DNA from: Polyangiaceae bacterium | Lineage (GTDB): Bacteria > Myxococcota_A > Polyangia > Polyangiales > Polyangiaceae | Assembly (NCBI GenBank): GCA_044222475.1 | Contig: JBGANF010000023.1 | Coordinates: 15,373-79,372, forward strand | Length of the DNA stretch: 64,000 nucleotides | Direction: 5' to 3' | Shown here: positions 48,209 through 57,368 of the stretch, piece after piece | Layout: each line of letters begins with the position of its first letter | Numbering within the stretch: position 1 is the stretch's first letter | Program-made: the position numbers and the translations under genes | Notes under the pieces: generated by a model | What the model was told of the DNA's origin: nothing | Database searches by the model: none | What the model saw: only the letters and a program-made list of their open reading frames with translations

Positions 48209-49579
48209 TCACTGCGGCGAGAACGTGAACGGGTAGGTCACCTTGACCGTGCCGTCCTTCGGCTCGGAGAAGCTGAGGGTCGAGATGCTGCGGACGACGC
48301 AGGCGCGCACCGCCGGGTCGGGGAGATCGCTCCCCGCGCCGTCCTGAGCCATCGTGACCGAGCCGTCGCGACCGATGACGAACTTCACTTCGACGCGGCC
48401 CTCGAGGCCCGGGTTCTTGCGCAGGCCGTCGGCGTAGCAGCTGACCATCTTGCCCTCGTTCTGGCGAACCGTGCGGCGGATGATCTCCGCGTCGAGGTGA
48501 CCGTTGGTCGAGAAGTTCGGGTCGGGGCGAACGTTCGGCGACTTGGTCTCGTGGGTGCGCATCTGCGGGCCACCGTGGTCGACGCCGCTCGCGTCGCAGT
48601 GGTCGCCGCTGCAGTGCGAAACCGTGCGGGCGGTGAGGTTACCGACGTCCTTGAGGTCGACGCCGTGCGAGCAGTTCGGGCCGGTGCAGGTCGGGCCATC
48701 CGAGAGCGCGATGGTGGTGCCGAACGAGTCCGAGATGTCGCCACCCCAGAGGTTGCCGAGGCGGCTTTCCTTGTCCGCGCCGAGCATCACCGTGCCCCAG
48801 GGGACGACGGGGGCCTTCGTGTCGGTCGTGCCGAGGAGCTGAAGCATGCCGAACTCCGAGGCCTCGGCGAGCGCGTGGTCACGCGCGAGCTTCGCGTCTT
48901 GCGGGGTCGCGGTGCCCTGCGCCGCCCACTTGCCCTGATCCTTCGGCGCGTCGGTGCCCGTCGTGCCGCCCGGGTCCTTCGTGCTCGGCGCCGTCTGGGC
49001 GCCGGGGCCGTCGCTGTTCTGCTCGACCGGCTTCGCGTCCTGCTCGTTGAGAGCCGCGCTCGAGAGGTAGTGCTTCATCGCGTCGAGCTGGTCGCGGTTG
49101 ACGTCTTCCATGCTCGCCTCGCTGAGCGACGGCATGAAGAACGCGAGCGACGCGAACACCGAAGCGTGGACGAGGGCCGAGCCCAAGATGGTACCGAGCG
49201 CGCTGCGACGAATCGCCTTGCCGAGGTCACGCGCCGGCTTGGTCTCCGCGGCCGAGATCGAGAGGGCGACGACGAAGTCGCCGATGGTGACGTCCGCGGT
49301 CTTGCCCGCGGCGAGCTCGATCGACGAGGTCGCCACCGGGAGGCGGTCGACGAAGACGACCGCGCCCGACGGGGGCGTGATCGTGGTCACGCCGGCGATC
49401 GTCGAGACGAGGACGTGCGACGCGAGGCCGGGGATCGTGAAGTGGCAGGCGGTGTCTTCACCGACGCGGACCTCACCCGAGAGCGGCAGGTTCTTCTGGG
49501 TGAGCGCCGAGCGTTCGCCGCCCTTGCTCCAGAAGATCGTGACATCGAGCTCGAGACCGTTCGCGTTGACCGAAGACAT
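48209..49579 (-). CDS. AgmX/PglI C-terminal (TonB-C-like) domain protein, GltG/GltJ-like architecture
   Basis: N-terminal cytoplasmic domain, TM helix with SALVHA (S-x3-H as in TonB/TolA), C-terminal IIRRTVR...CY...NPGLEGRVEVKFVI...V.YPFTF. Confidence 0.8.
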   Translation of the reverse strand: MSSVNANGLELDVTIFWSKGGERSALTQKNLPLSGEVRVGEDTACHFTIPGLASHVLVSTIAGVTTITPPSGAVVFVDRLPVATSSIELAAGKTADVTIGDFVVALSISAAETKPARDLGKAIRRSALGTILGSALVHASVFASLAFFMPSLSEASMEDVNRDQLDAMKHYLSSAALNEQDAKPVEQNSDGPGAQTAPSTKDPGGTTGTDAPKDQGKWAAQGTATPQDAKLARDHALAEASEFGMLQLLGTTDTKAPVVPWGTVMLGADKESRLGNLWGGDISDSFGTTIALSDGPTCTGPNCSHGVDLKDVGNLTARTVSHCSGDHCDASGVDHGGPQMRTHETKSPNVRPDPNFSTNGHLDAEIIRRTVRQNEGKMVSCYADGLRKNPGLEGRVEVKFVIGRDGSVTMAQDGAGSDLPDPAVRACVVRSISTLSFSEPKDGTVKVTYPFTFSPQ

Positions 49580-49691
49580 CGTCGTGTTCCTTTGCCGAGC
49601 GCTTTTGGGCGCGTCCTGGGGTTGTGTCGGCTTTGCGGGACATCCGCGCCGTACCCCGGGAAGACGACGGTCTCGGGCGCCTCTGACGGCG

Positions 49692-51230
49692 CTAAGTCGT
49701 TGATTTTCGAGATTTATTCCAGCTGCGACGGCGAGTTACAGCCACGACTGAAAGCCCCAGCGCCCCGAGGAGGCCGAGGCCGCTCGTGCGACTTCCGCCC
49801 ACGACGTCGCACCCACAACCGCCGTCGTTCCCCGGATCGGTCGGGTTCACAGGCGTGCCCGAGTCGCCCGTGGGCGGCGTGCCGCTGTCCCCGATTGGGA
49901 CACCGCTGTCCCCAGTTGGGACACCGGCGTCGGTGGTCGGCACTGGCGGCGTGCCGTAAGGCCCGATGCCCGAGCCGGTCGTCGTCGACTCGAACGCGCC
50001 GATGTCCTTCGTGGTCGCGCGGACGCGGTACGCGCGCGCGAGGACCTCGTCTTGGAAGTACTCCTTGTCGGGCGCGCCGGTCACCGATGCGCTCGCGCCG
50101 TTGATGGCGTTCCCGGGCGCGAGGGTGAAGTCCTTGCCGGCCGCGTTCTTGAACGGGTTCGAGCCGAACACCGACGCGACGAGGGTGCCGACCGGCGTGC
50201 CCGTCGGCAACCAGTTGTTCGTCCCGGTCGCCGTTCCCTTGCCGGCGTTGTCGATCAGCACCGGGGCCGCGCCGCCGGAGACGAGGTTGTTCGACACCTC
50301 TGCCGTCATCGTCGTCCCGTCGGCGTTGGCGAGGTGGACCTCGTGGGCGTTCGCTGCGGTGACGACGAAGGTGTTCCAGATCACGCGGACCTTCATCGTG
50401 ACGTTGCTGATCCCGTTGTCGTTGAAGACCGCGATGATCTGGCTCGTGTTGTTCGGCGTGCCGACGAGGAAGAGGTTCCCCCGGACGAGCATGTTCTGCG
50501 TGCACGGGCCAGCGGTGCAGTCGTCGTCCGTCATCAGGTCGCCGGAGTAGCTCTTCGCGCGGGCGATCCAGTTGTATTCGATCGTCGAGTCGTGCGCGCG
50601 GACGTGGAAGTTCTGTCCCTGAATGGGATCGTGCAAGTACGAGTAACGGAGGCTGAACGTCCCGCCGTAGACGTAGATGTTGTGGGTCGGCGCCGACGCG
50701 GCGAGGTTGCCGTTGCCGTCGAACTCGGACCACTCCACGGTCGCCGTCGAGTCCTGCGATCCGCCGGTGAGCCCGTTGTCGTTCTGGCGGAAGATGCAGT
50801 CTTTGATCTTCACGCTCGAGCCGTTGTAGTAGCGAATGCCGGCCGAGTTGTTCGAGGCGGTACGGCACCCGGTGAACACGATGCCCGAGAGCTCGACGTT
50901 GGTCGCGCCGGAGAGCTGCCAGCAACCGCGCCCGCGGTCACCGGCGGTGTAGCTGCCGGGGGCGTTCTCCACGAGCGTACCGGTGAGATCGACGACCGGC
51001 GGGTTCTTCGGATCCTGCGCGCGGATCACGAGCGGCGCCTGCGGCGTGGACTTCTGCGTCAGGTGGACGCGAAAGGCGTACTTGCCCGGTGCCATGACGA
51101 CCTCGTCGCCCGGTTTGGCCGCTTCGATCTTCTGATAGCCGTCGGCCGGCGTCACGTTGATGGTCGCCGCTCGCGCAGCGATCGGAACGAGGAGTGCGAT
51201 CGGAACGCAGATCAGTGCTTCGAGCCGCAT
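49692..51230 (-). CDS. Right-handed parallel beta-helix protein with MYXO-CTERM sorting signal
   Basis: Signal peptide, AKPGDEVVMAPGKY, beta-helix repeats, DIGAFE, GDSG repeats, C-terminal GGCGC + hydrophobic segment + RRR. Confidence 0.85.
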   Translation of the reverse strand: MRLEALICVPIALLVPIAARAATINVTPADGYQKIEAAKPGDEVVMAPGKYAFRVHLTQKSTPQAPLVIRAQDPKNPPVVDLTGTLVENAPGSYTAGDRGRGCWQLSGATNVELSGIVFTGCRTASNNSAGIRYYNGSSVKIKDCIFRQNDNGLTGGSQDSTATVEWSEFDGNGNLAASAPTHNIYVYGGTFSLRYSYLHDPIQGQNFHVRAHDSTIEYNWIARAKSYSGDLMTDDDCTAGPCTQNMLVRGNLFLVGTPNNTSQIIAVFNDNGISNVTMKVRVIWNTFVVTAANAHEVHLANADGTTMTAEVSNNLVSGGAAPVLIDNAGKGTATGTNNWLPTGTPVGTLVASVFGSNPFKNAAGKDFTLAPGNAINGASASVTGAPDKEYFQDEVLARAYRVRATTKDIGAFESTTTGSGIGPYGTPPVPTTDAGVPTGDSGVPIGDSGTPPTGDSGTPVNPTDPGNDGGCGCDVVGGSRTSGLGLLGALGLSVVAVTRRRSWNKSRKSTT

Positions 51231-51256
51231 GAACGACAGAGTAACATGGCGCCCCG

Positions 51257-52207
51257 ATGCCGACCGCCCGCGAGCTGCGCACTGCGACGACGAAAGAGCT
51301 GAGAGACGCGATCGTTCACGGTCATCCGATCGATCCCGCCGAGCTCGAAGGATGGACGTACCGAGGGACGAGCCTCGGCCTCCCCAGCGCGGTCGAGCGC
51401 CTCACCTGGAAGACGTTCCAGAAGACCTTCCACCGGGATCCCGCGACCGGTCGCCTGATCGGTTGGAACGTGCGGCTCGAACAAGACGGGATCGATGCGC
51501 CGAGTCGTCCCAAGATGCGCCGCGGCGTTCCGGTGACGGAGTGGCACTACGAGGTCATCTCGCCCGAGGGCGTGCCGCTCCCGGAGGGCTTCGACCGCGG
51601 TCTCGTCATCGACTACTCGCGCGGTCCGAACCCGCCCGGCATCGTGCGCGCGGTGAAGGATCCGCTCGTCGCGCTCAGCCCTGGCAGCACCGACGAGCTG
51701 CTCGGAGTCAGCTACCTCGTCGCGATGGGCAAGACGGTCGAGACGCCGACGTACTTCACCCTCGAGCGCGAGTCGCGCACGGACTTCGTCCCGTACGATC
51801 AGCCCGCGGCGGCCGGCGCCGATCCGCTGAAGCTCACCGCGACCGAGAAGGCGTGGGCCGAGACGCTCTTCGGAGCGATCGTCGACACGGAGGGGCAGGC
51901 CGGCTTTCCTCCGTTCAGCGCGATCGATCCGAGCGCCTTCTGGGACCGCTTCGAGACGGCCCCCGCCCCGCTCGTTCGCGCGGGCCTGCGGCCGATGCTC
52001 CACACGCTCACCTTCCTGCCGCTGGTGAGCGGGTTCAAGAAGCCGTTCTTCTCGCTGTCTCCCGAGGAGCGCGGGCGCTTCCTCGAGTCGGTCGAACGCT
52101 CACCGCGGTACTTCGTCCGGCAATCGCTCACGACGATGAAGACGCTCGCGTGCTTCGCCTACTTCGAAGACCCTACGGTACGCGCGAAATTCGAGGTGCG
52201 GCCGTGA
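51257..52207 (+). CDS. Hypothetical two-domain partner of the GMC oxidoreductase
   Basis: Translationally coupled to the GMC gene. The C-terminal part (FFSLSPEERGRFL...MKTLACFAYF) resembles small subunits of GMC flavoenzymes. Confidence 0.6.
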   Translation: MPTARELRTATTKELRDAIVHGHPIDPAELEGWTYRGTSLGLPSAVERLTWKTFQKTFHRDPATGRLIGWNVRLEQDGIDAPSRPKMRRGVPVTEWHYEVISPEGVPLPEGFDRGLVIDYSRGPNPPGIVRAVKDPLVALSPGSTDELLGVSYLVAMGKTVETPTYFTLERESRTDFVPYDQPAAAGADPLKLTATEKAWAETLFGAIVDTEGQAGFPPFSAIDPSAFWDRFETAPAPLVRAGLRPMLHTLTFLPLVSGFKKPFFSLSPEERGRFLESVERSPRYFVRQSLTTMKTLACFAYFEDPTVRAKFEVRP

Positions 52208-53700
52208 GCGCCCTCGCTGCGATCGACGGCCGCGGGATTCGCACCGCGCATCAGGACGAGGCCGACGTCGTCATCGTCGGGAGCGGGCCGGCGGGAGCCG
52301 CCGTCGCGCGACATCTCAGCGAGCGCGGCGTCTCCGTGGTCGTCGTCGAGGAAGGTCACGAGGCGAAGACGTTCTCCCCGAGCGGGCTGCAGGCGATGGC
52401 CGAGCTCTACCGCGACATGGGGACGTCGATCGCGTTCGGCAACGCGTCGATGCCCTACCTCCAAGCGCGCGTCGTCGGCGGAACCTCGGTGGTGAACGGC
52501 GCGATCAGCTGGCAGCTCCCGCGCGACATCGTCGAAGGTTGGATCGCGAACGACCCCGCGCTCGGTGAGACGATCGCGTACGACACCATCGCCGAGGCCG
52601 AGGCGCGCATCGAAGCGCGGCTGAACGTCCACCCGACCGAAGAGCGCGTCGCGGGGAAGAAGAACCTGCTGCTCGCACGCGGAGCCGAGGCGCTCGGCAT
52701 CGCGCATCGTCCGATTCGCCGCAACACCGACGGTTGCGTCGGCTCGGGGCGGTGTCTGCAAGGGTGTCCGCACGGCGCCAAGCTCTCGATGGACAAGAGC
52801 TTCCTCCCCGACGCGGTCGCCAAAGGTGCGCGCATCCTCGCCGGGATGCGCGTCGATCGCGTGATCGTCGAGAAGGGGCGCGCGGTCGCGGTGAGCGGCG
52901 TCGCGACCGGCGGAGGGAGCTTCGAGATCCGCGCGCGCCACGCCGTCGTCCTGGCGGCGAGCGCGATCCAGACTCCGTGCATTTTGCATGCAAGTGGGAT
53001 CCGCCAGGGCCCGGTCGGCGAGGGCCTCACCGCGCACCCCGGTGTGTCGGTGACGGGGCGCTTCGCAGATCCGGTGCGCGCCTGGGAAGGCGCGACCCAA
53101 GGCCACGAGGTGACGGGCTGGCGCAGCGAGGGAATCAAGCTCGAGGCGCTCGGGTTCGACGTCTCTCTCCTCGCGAGCCGAGTACCCGGCGTGGGCAAGC
53201 GATTCGGCCAGCGATTGGCCGAGCTCGACCGCTACGCGGTCTGGGGCGGAGCGCTCCGCGCGGAGGCGCACGGCCGCGTGCGACCGGGACCGACCCGCCC
53301 CATCGTGACCTACTCGCTCACTCCCAACGACGTGAAGAAGGTGCGGCGCGCCGTGCGCGTCCTCGGCGACACGATGCTCGCCGCCGGCGCGCTCGAGGTG
53401 TACCCGGGCGTCCCCGGCTTCGACTCGGTCGTGACCACGCGCGAGCAGATGGCCCGCATCGAAGACGTCGGCTCGCTGTCGGCGAGCGACTACACGATGT
53501 CGATGACCCACCTCTTCGGTACCGCGAAGATGGGCTCGGATCCGAAGCGCAGCGTCGTGCGACCCGACTTTCGGCACCACGCCGTCGACGCGCTCTACGT
53601 CGCCGACTCCAGCGTGTTCCCGACGAACCTCGGAGTGAACCCGCAGATCGCGATCATGACGCTCGCTCACCGATGCGCGGCGATGGTCGCCGCTCGCTGA
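52204..53700 (+). CDS. GMC family oxidoreductase
   Basis: GTG overlaps the upstream TGA. VIVGSGPAG, VGGTSVVNG, CVGSGRCLQGCP, HLFGTAKMG, DSSVFPTNLGVNPQ. Confidence 0.93.
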   Translation: MSALAAIDGRGIRTAHQDEADVVIVGSGPAGAAVARHLSERGVSVVVVEEGHEAKTFSPSGLQAMAELYRDMGTSIAFGNASMPYLQARVVGGTSVVNGAISWQLPRDIVEGWIANDPALGETIAYDTIAEAEARIEARLNVHPTEERVAGKKNLLLARGAEALGIAHRPIRRNTDGCVGSGRCLQGCPHGAKLSMDKSFLPDAVAKGARILAGMRVDRVIVEKGRAVAVSGVATGGGSFEIRARHAVVLAASAIQTPCILHASGIRQGPVGEGLTAHPGVSVTGRFADPVRAWEGATQGHEVTGWRSEGIKLEALGFDVSLLASRVPGVGKRFGQRLAELDRYAVWGGALRAEAHGRVRPGPTRPIVTYSLTPNDVKKVRRAVRVLGDTMLAAGALEVYPGVPGFDSVVTTREQMARIEDVGSLSASDYTMSMTHLFGTAKMGSDPKRSVVRPDFRHHAVDALYVADSSVFPTNLGVNPQIAIMTLAHRCAAMVAAR

Positions 53701-53704
53701 CGAG

Positions 53705-54658
53705 TCATTCGCATCGCAGCACGGCGTCGTTCGAAGCGATCACGATCACGCATCGACGAAGAACGTCGATCCCGATCGCGCCGACCGTGGTGCGCGCCAC
53801 GTCGGGTCGACCCGAGCAGTGATCCGGGGGCGGGCGGTCGATGACCGACACGGTGGTCCGCATCTCGAGACCGGCGACCGCGAGCTTCACGTCCGGAACG
53901 GTCGACGTGCGCTCGACGCCGTCGAGCGCGGCCGACGCTTCGCTCGGGCCGCGAGCTCGGGGCAGGAGCGCGCGCCCCACGTCGGTCTGACCGAAGAGCG
54001 TAGTCGAGCCGCTCCCGGTGTCGACGGTCATGGGTACGCGATGCCCTTCGACGTCGACGTCGACGTCGAAGATGGCCACTCCGCTGGCGCGCGGACAGAC
54101 GGGGACGGCGCGCACCGCGCCAGCCCGCGCGGCCGCAGCGTCGAGGGCCGACCGCGGCACCGGCTCCATCCTCCCTGCGCGAAGATCGATCGTCGCCGCG
54201 CCCTCGCCCACGAGCAGCTGCGGCGACAGGAAGCCCATCAAGCGCGAGCGCACCGGCATGTCGGCGACGAGGAACGACGTGGGAGCGACCGCCGGCCAGT
54301 GCAGCAGGTGATACGGGACGGCATCGATCGTGGAGGTTCCCACCTCCTCGCCGTGAGCCCCTTGCACCGGAATCTCGACGCCGCCGTCGGAAGCCCGAAG
54401 GCCGAGGTACCACGCGAGGCCTGCGACGATCAGGTGGCCGTTCGCGCCGGTGTCGAGGACGAACGGGACGGTGTACCCGCCGATGCTCACGTCGACGTTC
54501 GCGTACTGGACGGCCGAGTCGAGACGAACCTTCCGCCACACGATCGGGACCGGCGGGGTCGCAGCGAGGTCGGCCGGCGCCGTGGGTACGATGGGCGCGC
54601 GATCCGCGCCGTGAGCGCAGCCCAGGAAGAGGCTCGTCGCGAGGAGGAGACGCCTCAT
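53705..54658 (-). CDS. Two-domain retropepsin-like aspartyl protease lipoprotein
   Basis: Lipobox FLGC, two catalytic motifs (FVLDTGA and VDTGS), GAIGIDVL. Confidence 0.85.
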   Translation of the reverse strand: MRRLLLATSLFLGCAHGADRAPIVPTAPADLAATPPVPIVWRKVRLDSAVQYANVDVSIGGYTVPFVLDTGANGHLIVAGLAWYLGLRASDGGVEIPVQGAHGEEVGTSTIDAVPYHLLHWPAVAPTSFLVADMPVRSRLMGFLSPQLLVGEGAATIDLRAGRMEPVPRSALDAAAARAGAVRAVPVCPRASGVAIFDVDVDVEGHRVPMTVDTGSGSTTLFGQTDVGRALLPRARGPSEASAALDGVERTSTVPDVKLAVAGLEMRTTVSVIDRPPPDHCSGRPDVARTTVGAIGIDVLRRCVIVIASNDAVLRCE

Positions 54659-54707
54659 TCGTCGGAAGCATACGCTGGACGCCGCCGTAGGATCCCCAGG
54701 CGCCACG

Positions 54708-55568
54708 ATGTCCGCCCCGAGAACGCTCTTCGCCATGATCGCGGTCGCCACGCTCGTCGTCGGCTGCCGCGCGAGCTCGACGCCGGCGACCTGCGAGCCG
54801 ATGGCCGTTCATCCGGTTCGCTTCGTCGGAAACGGCGCGTTGACCGCCGACGAGCTTCGCGTCCCGTTCCAGTCCCTCGAACGCATGCAGCTCCCTTGGC
54901 CGACGTTGGTGACGACCGCGTTCGCCGACGCGCTGAGCATCGCGACGCGCGATCTGAAGGACATGTTCGTCGACCGCGGATGGCTCGACGCGACCGTTCG
55001 CGACGTGACCTACGTCCCGTCCTCCGATCGCCGGTGGATCGACGTGACGGTCACGATCGAGGAGGGCAAGCGGTACAAGGTCGGCGCGATCTCGCTGCGC
55101 GACACTGGCGGCCCGCCGCTCGTCGACCCCGACGCGACCGTGGCCGCGTTTCCGGCCAAGAAGGGCGACTGGTACTCCAAGCGAACGATGGACGTCGGGA
55201 TGAGCGCCATCCTGGGCGCCTACGCCGACCGCGGCGTCGGCGCGCGCGCGTCGGCCATCGGAAGCTCCGACGGAGACGACTCGGTCGACGTGGTGATCGA
55301 GATCCAGAGGCAGCCTGCGATCGATCGCGTCGCCAAGATCGAGGTCTACGGCGTCACCGAGAAACGCGAGGCCGCGGTCGCCGCGAGCTTGGGGCTTCGC
55401 ATCGGAGATCGCGTCGATCCGGCCCGCCTGCGGGATGCGAAGGGGCGGGCGATGGCCAGCGGCGACTTTGCGGCGGTCGAGATCCACTCGTACCCCCTCG
55501 ACGGCGGGCGCCCGGGCGAGCGCGAGATCGAGGTCGTCGTGAGCGAGCTTTCGCCGACACCTCCGTGA
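54708..55568 (+). CDS. POTRA-domain lipoprotein without a beta-barrel
   Basis: Lipobox VVGC. POTRA-like segments VRFVGNGALTADEL...GWLDATV...VTVTIEEGKRYKVGAI, KKGDWYS...YADRG and KIEVYG...GDRVD...SGDF..V. Confidence 0.72.
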   Translation: MSAPRTLFAMIAVATLVVGCRASSTPATCEPMAVHPVRFVGNGALTADELRVPFQSLERMQLPWPTLVTTAFADALSIATRDLKDMFVDRGWLDATVRDVTYVPSSDRRWIDVTVTIEEGKRYKVGAISLRDTGGPPLVDPDATVAAFPAKKGDWYSKRTMDVGMSAILGAYADRGVGARASAIGSSDGDDSVDVVIEIQRQPAIDRVAKIEVYGVTEKREAAVAASLGLRIGDRVDPARLRDAKGRAMASGDFAAVEIHSYPLDGGRPGEREIEVVVSELSPTPP

Positions 55569-55756
55569 ACCAGTGGATCGCGCGAGTGGGGCCCGGCTGG
55601 CCAGTGGGAGGACAGCCTCTCGCGACGGCCCGCGAAGCGCACGTCATCCCACATCTTCGACGTGGTGCGTAACAATGTTCCGTCGAGAGCCCAATTCGGC
55701 TCGAAGCCCGTAACGGCGTTCTCTGACGCACGCCTCGCGAACCATCGCGTGACCCA

Positions 55757-55772
55757 CGGCACGTCGGTTGCA
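55757..55772 (+). promoter_or_regulatory. Sigma54 (-24/-12) promoter
   Basis: CGGCACGTCGGTTGCA is one mismatch from TGGCACG-N4-TTGCW and lies 14 nt before ATG 55785. Confidence 0.75.
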
Positions 55773-55784
55773 GAAGCGCCGAGC

Positions 55785-56405
55785 ATGGTACGCACGTCGG
55801 TCTTCGGTTGGGCGCTCGGTGTCGGGCTTTTGGCGTTGGTCGGCTGCTCCGCGGCGACCGAGGACACCGCGTTCGACGACGGAGAGGGCACCGCGACCGA
55901 CATCGACCCCCTCGCCATCGCCGGGCGTTGGAAGCTGCCGCCGAGCGTCGCCTCGGCCGGCGCGACGATGTTCGTCACCTACGACTACGGTCCGTCGTGG
56001 AGCCCGAAGCTCTGCGCTGGCGGGTTGAAGCCCGGCGCGAAGAAGCTCGGCGCGTTCCTCGAGGCGAAGTTCCCGAGCCAGATCGATCACGTCGAGGGGT
56101 ACGCCTGCCGCGCGAACACGGCGAGCCCGACGAAGATGTCGATCCACGGCACCGGACGCGCGCTCGACGTGTTCATCCCGACGTCGGGCGGCAGCGCCGA
56201 CAACACCAAGGGCGACGCCGTCGCGAACTACCTCGTCGAGCACGCCGAGGAGCTGCAGATCCAGTACATGATCTGGGACCGCACGCAGTGGCGCGCGAAC
56301 GGGACGAACGATCGCCTCTACTCGGGCCCGCACCCCCACAACGACCACATTCACGTGGAGATCACGAACGAGGCGGCGAACCTCACCGCACCTTGGTACC
56401 AGTGA
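55785..56405 (+). CDS. Lipoprotein with M15-related Zn-peptidase-like domain
   Basis: Lipobox LVGC, GYACR, SIHGTGRALD (H-x6-D), HNDHIHVE. Confidence 0.78.
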   Translation: MVRTSVFGWALGVGLLALVGCSAATEDTAFDDGEGTATDIDPLAIAGRWKLPPSVASAGATMFVTYDYGPSWSPKLCAGGLKPGAKKLGAFLEAKFPSQIDHVEGYACRANTASPTKMSIHGTGRALDVFIPTSGGSADNTKGDAVANYLVEHAEELQIQYMIWDRTQWRANGTNDRLYSGPHPHNDHIHVEITNEAANLTAPWYQ

Positions 56406-57368
56406 CTACGGCGCCCGCTCGGCGACCCAGAGGTCCCAGTTCCCGGACCGGTTCGAGCTGAAATAGAGCCGGCACCCGTCGGCGGAGATCCAGGTCGGGA
56501 TCGACTCCGCGTTGCGAAGCTCGGCCACGACGGTCGGCGTCGGCCACGGAGCGGCGGTGGATGCTCGTGAAGAGACGAAGATGGTGGAGCTCGTACCGGC
56601 GTCGTCGGTGATCGACGTCTCGATGTAGGCCAAGAGCTCGTCGGGGGTGACGGCCGGCGCCGCGTCGTAGCCCGCGCCGCTGAGGCCGGTGACGAGGACG
56701 GGGGCGGAGATGACGCTCCCGTTCACGGCGCTCCGGTAGATGTCCTCGCTGCCGAGGCCGGTGGGGCGCACGCTGCTGAAGTAGAGCGCGCCAGCGCCGG
56801 CGAAGTTCGGGTAGTGGTCGATCGCGGTCCCGTTCAAGCCGGTGAGCACGGTCGGCGCGGAGAACGCGGATCCCACGCTGGTACGAGTCGCGACCCAGAG
56901 ATCGTAGCTGCCGACGCCTCCGACGCGCCCGCTCGCGAAGACGATGCGGAGACCGCTCGAATCGAGGGTCGGATCGGCGGCATCGCCACCGACGGCCAGC
57001 TCGGCGATGCTGACCGGTGCCGAGAAGGTGGAGAGTCGGTCGGCGCGGCTCGCAGTGAAGACGACGAAGCCGGGCTGCTGGCGCTGGAACACGACTGTCT
57101 TCTCGTCGGGGGACAGGCGCGGGTGTTGGTCGTCGCCGGTGGTGTTCAGCTCCGTGAGCGGCTTGATCGACGTGAACGGCGCCGCCGGTTTGCACGTCGT
57201 GCTCACGACGACGTCGGGGCCGCGATCGACCGAGACGTCCGGCGTGGCCTCCACCGCCGCGTCGACCGTTCCGGCGTCGGTCCGAGGCACGCCGTCGTCG
57301 ATCCCGAGGATCGCGGCGCATCCGACGCCGAAGAACGCACCGAGGGCGACGAGGAACCTTGCGCGCAT
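56406..57368 (-). CDS. PD40/TolB-like beta-propeller lipoprotein
   Basis: ATG at 57368 overlaps the kinase TGA. GVGC lipobox followed by AAILGIDDG. Repeats P.LSPD...F, FAS.R.GG.G.YDLWVA.R and LYFSS.R. Confidence 0.85.
   Translation of the reverse strand: MRARFLVALGAFFGVGCAAILGIDDGVPRTDAGTVDAAVEATPDVSVDRGPDVVVSTTCKPAAPFTSIKPLTELNTTGDDQHPRLSPDEKTVVFQRQQPGFVVFTASRADRLSTFSAPVSIAELAVGGDAADPTLDSSGLRIVFASGRVGGVGSYDLWVATRTSVGSAFSAPTVLTGLNGTAIDHYPNFAGAGALYFSSVRPTGLGSEDIYRSAVNGSVISAPVLVTGLSGAGYDAAPAVTPDELLAYIETSITDDAGTSSTIFVSSRASTAAPWPTPTVVAELRNAESIPTWISADGCRLYFSSNRSGNWDLWVAERAP

Noticed and set aside
49850..49935. 21-bp periodic repeat
   Set aside because: It encodes the PTGDSG/PIGDSG linker before the MYXO-CTERM signal.
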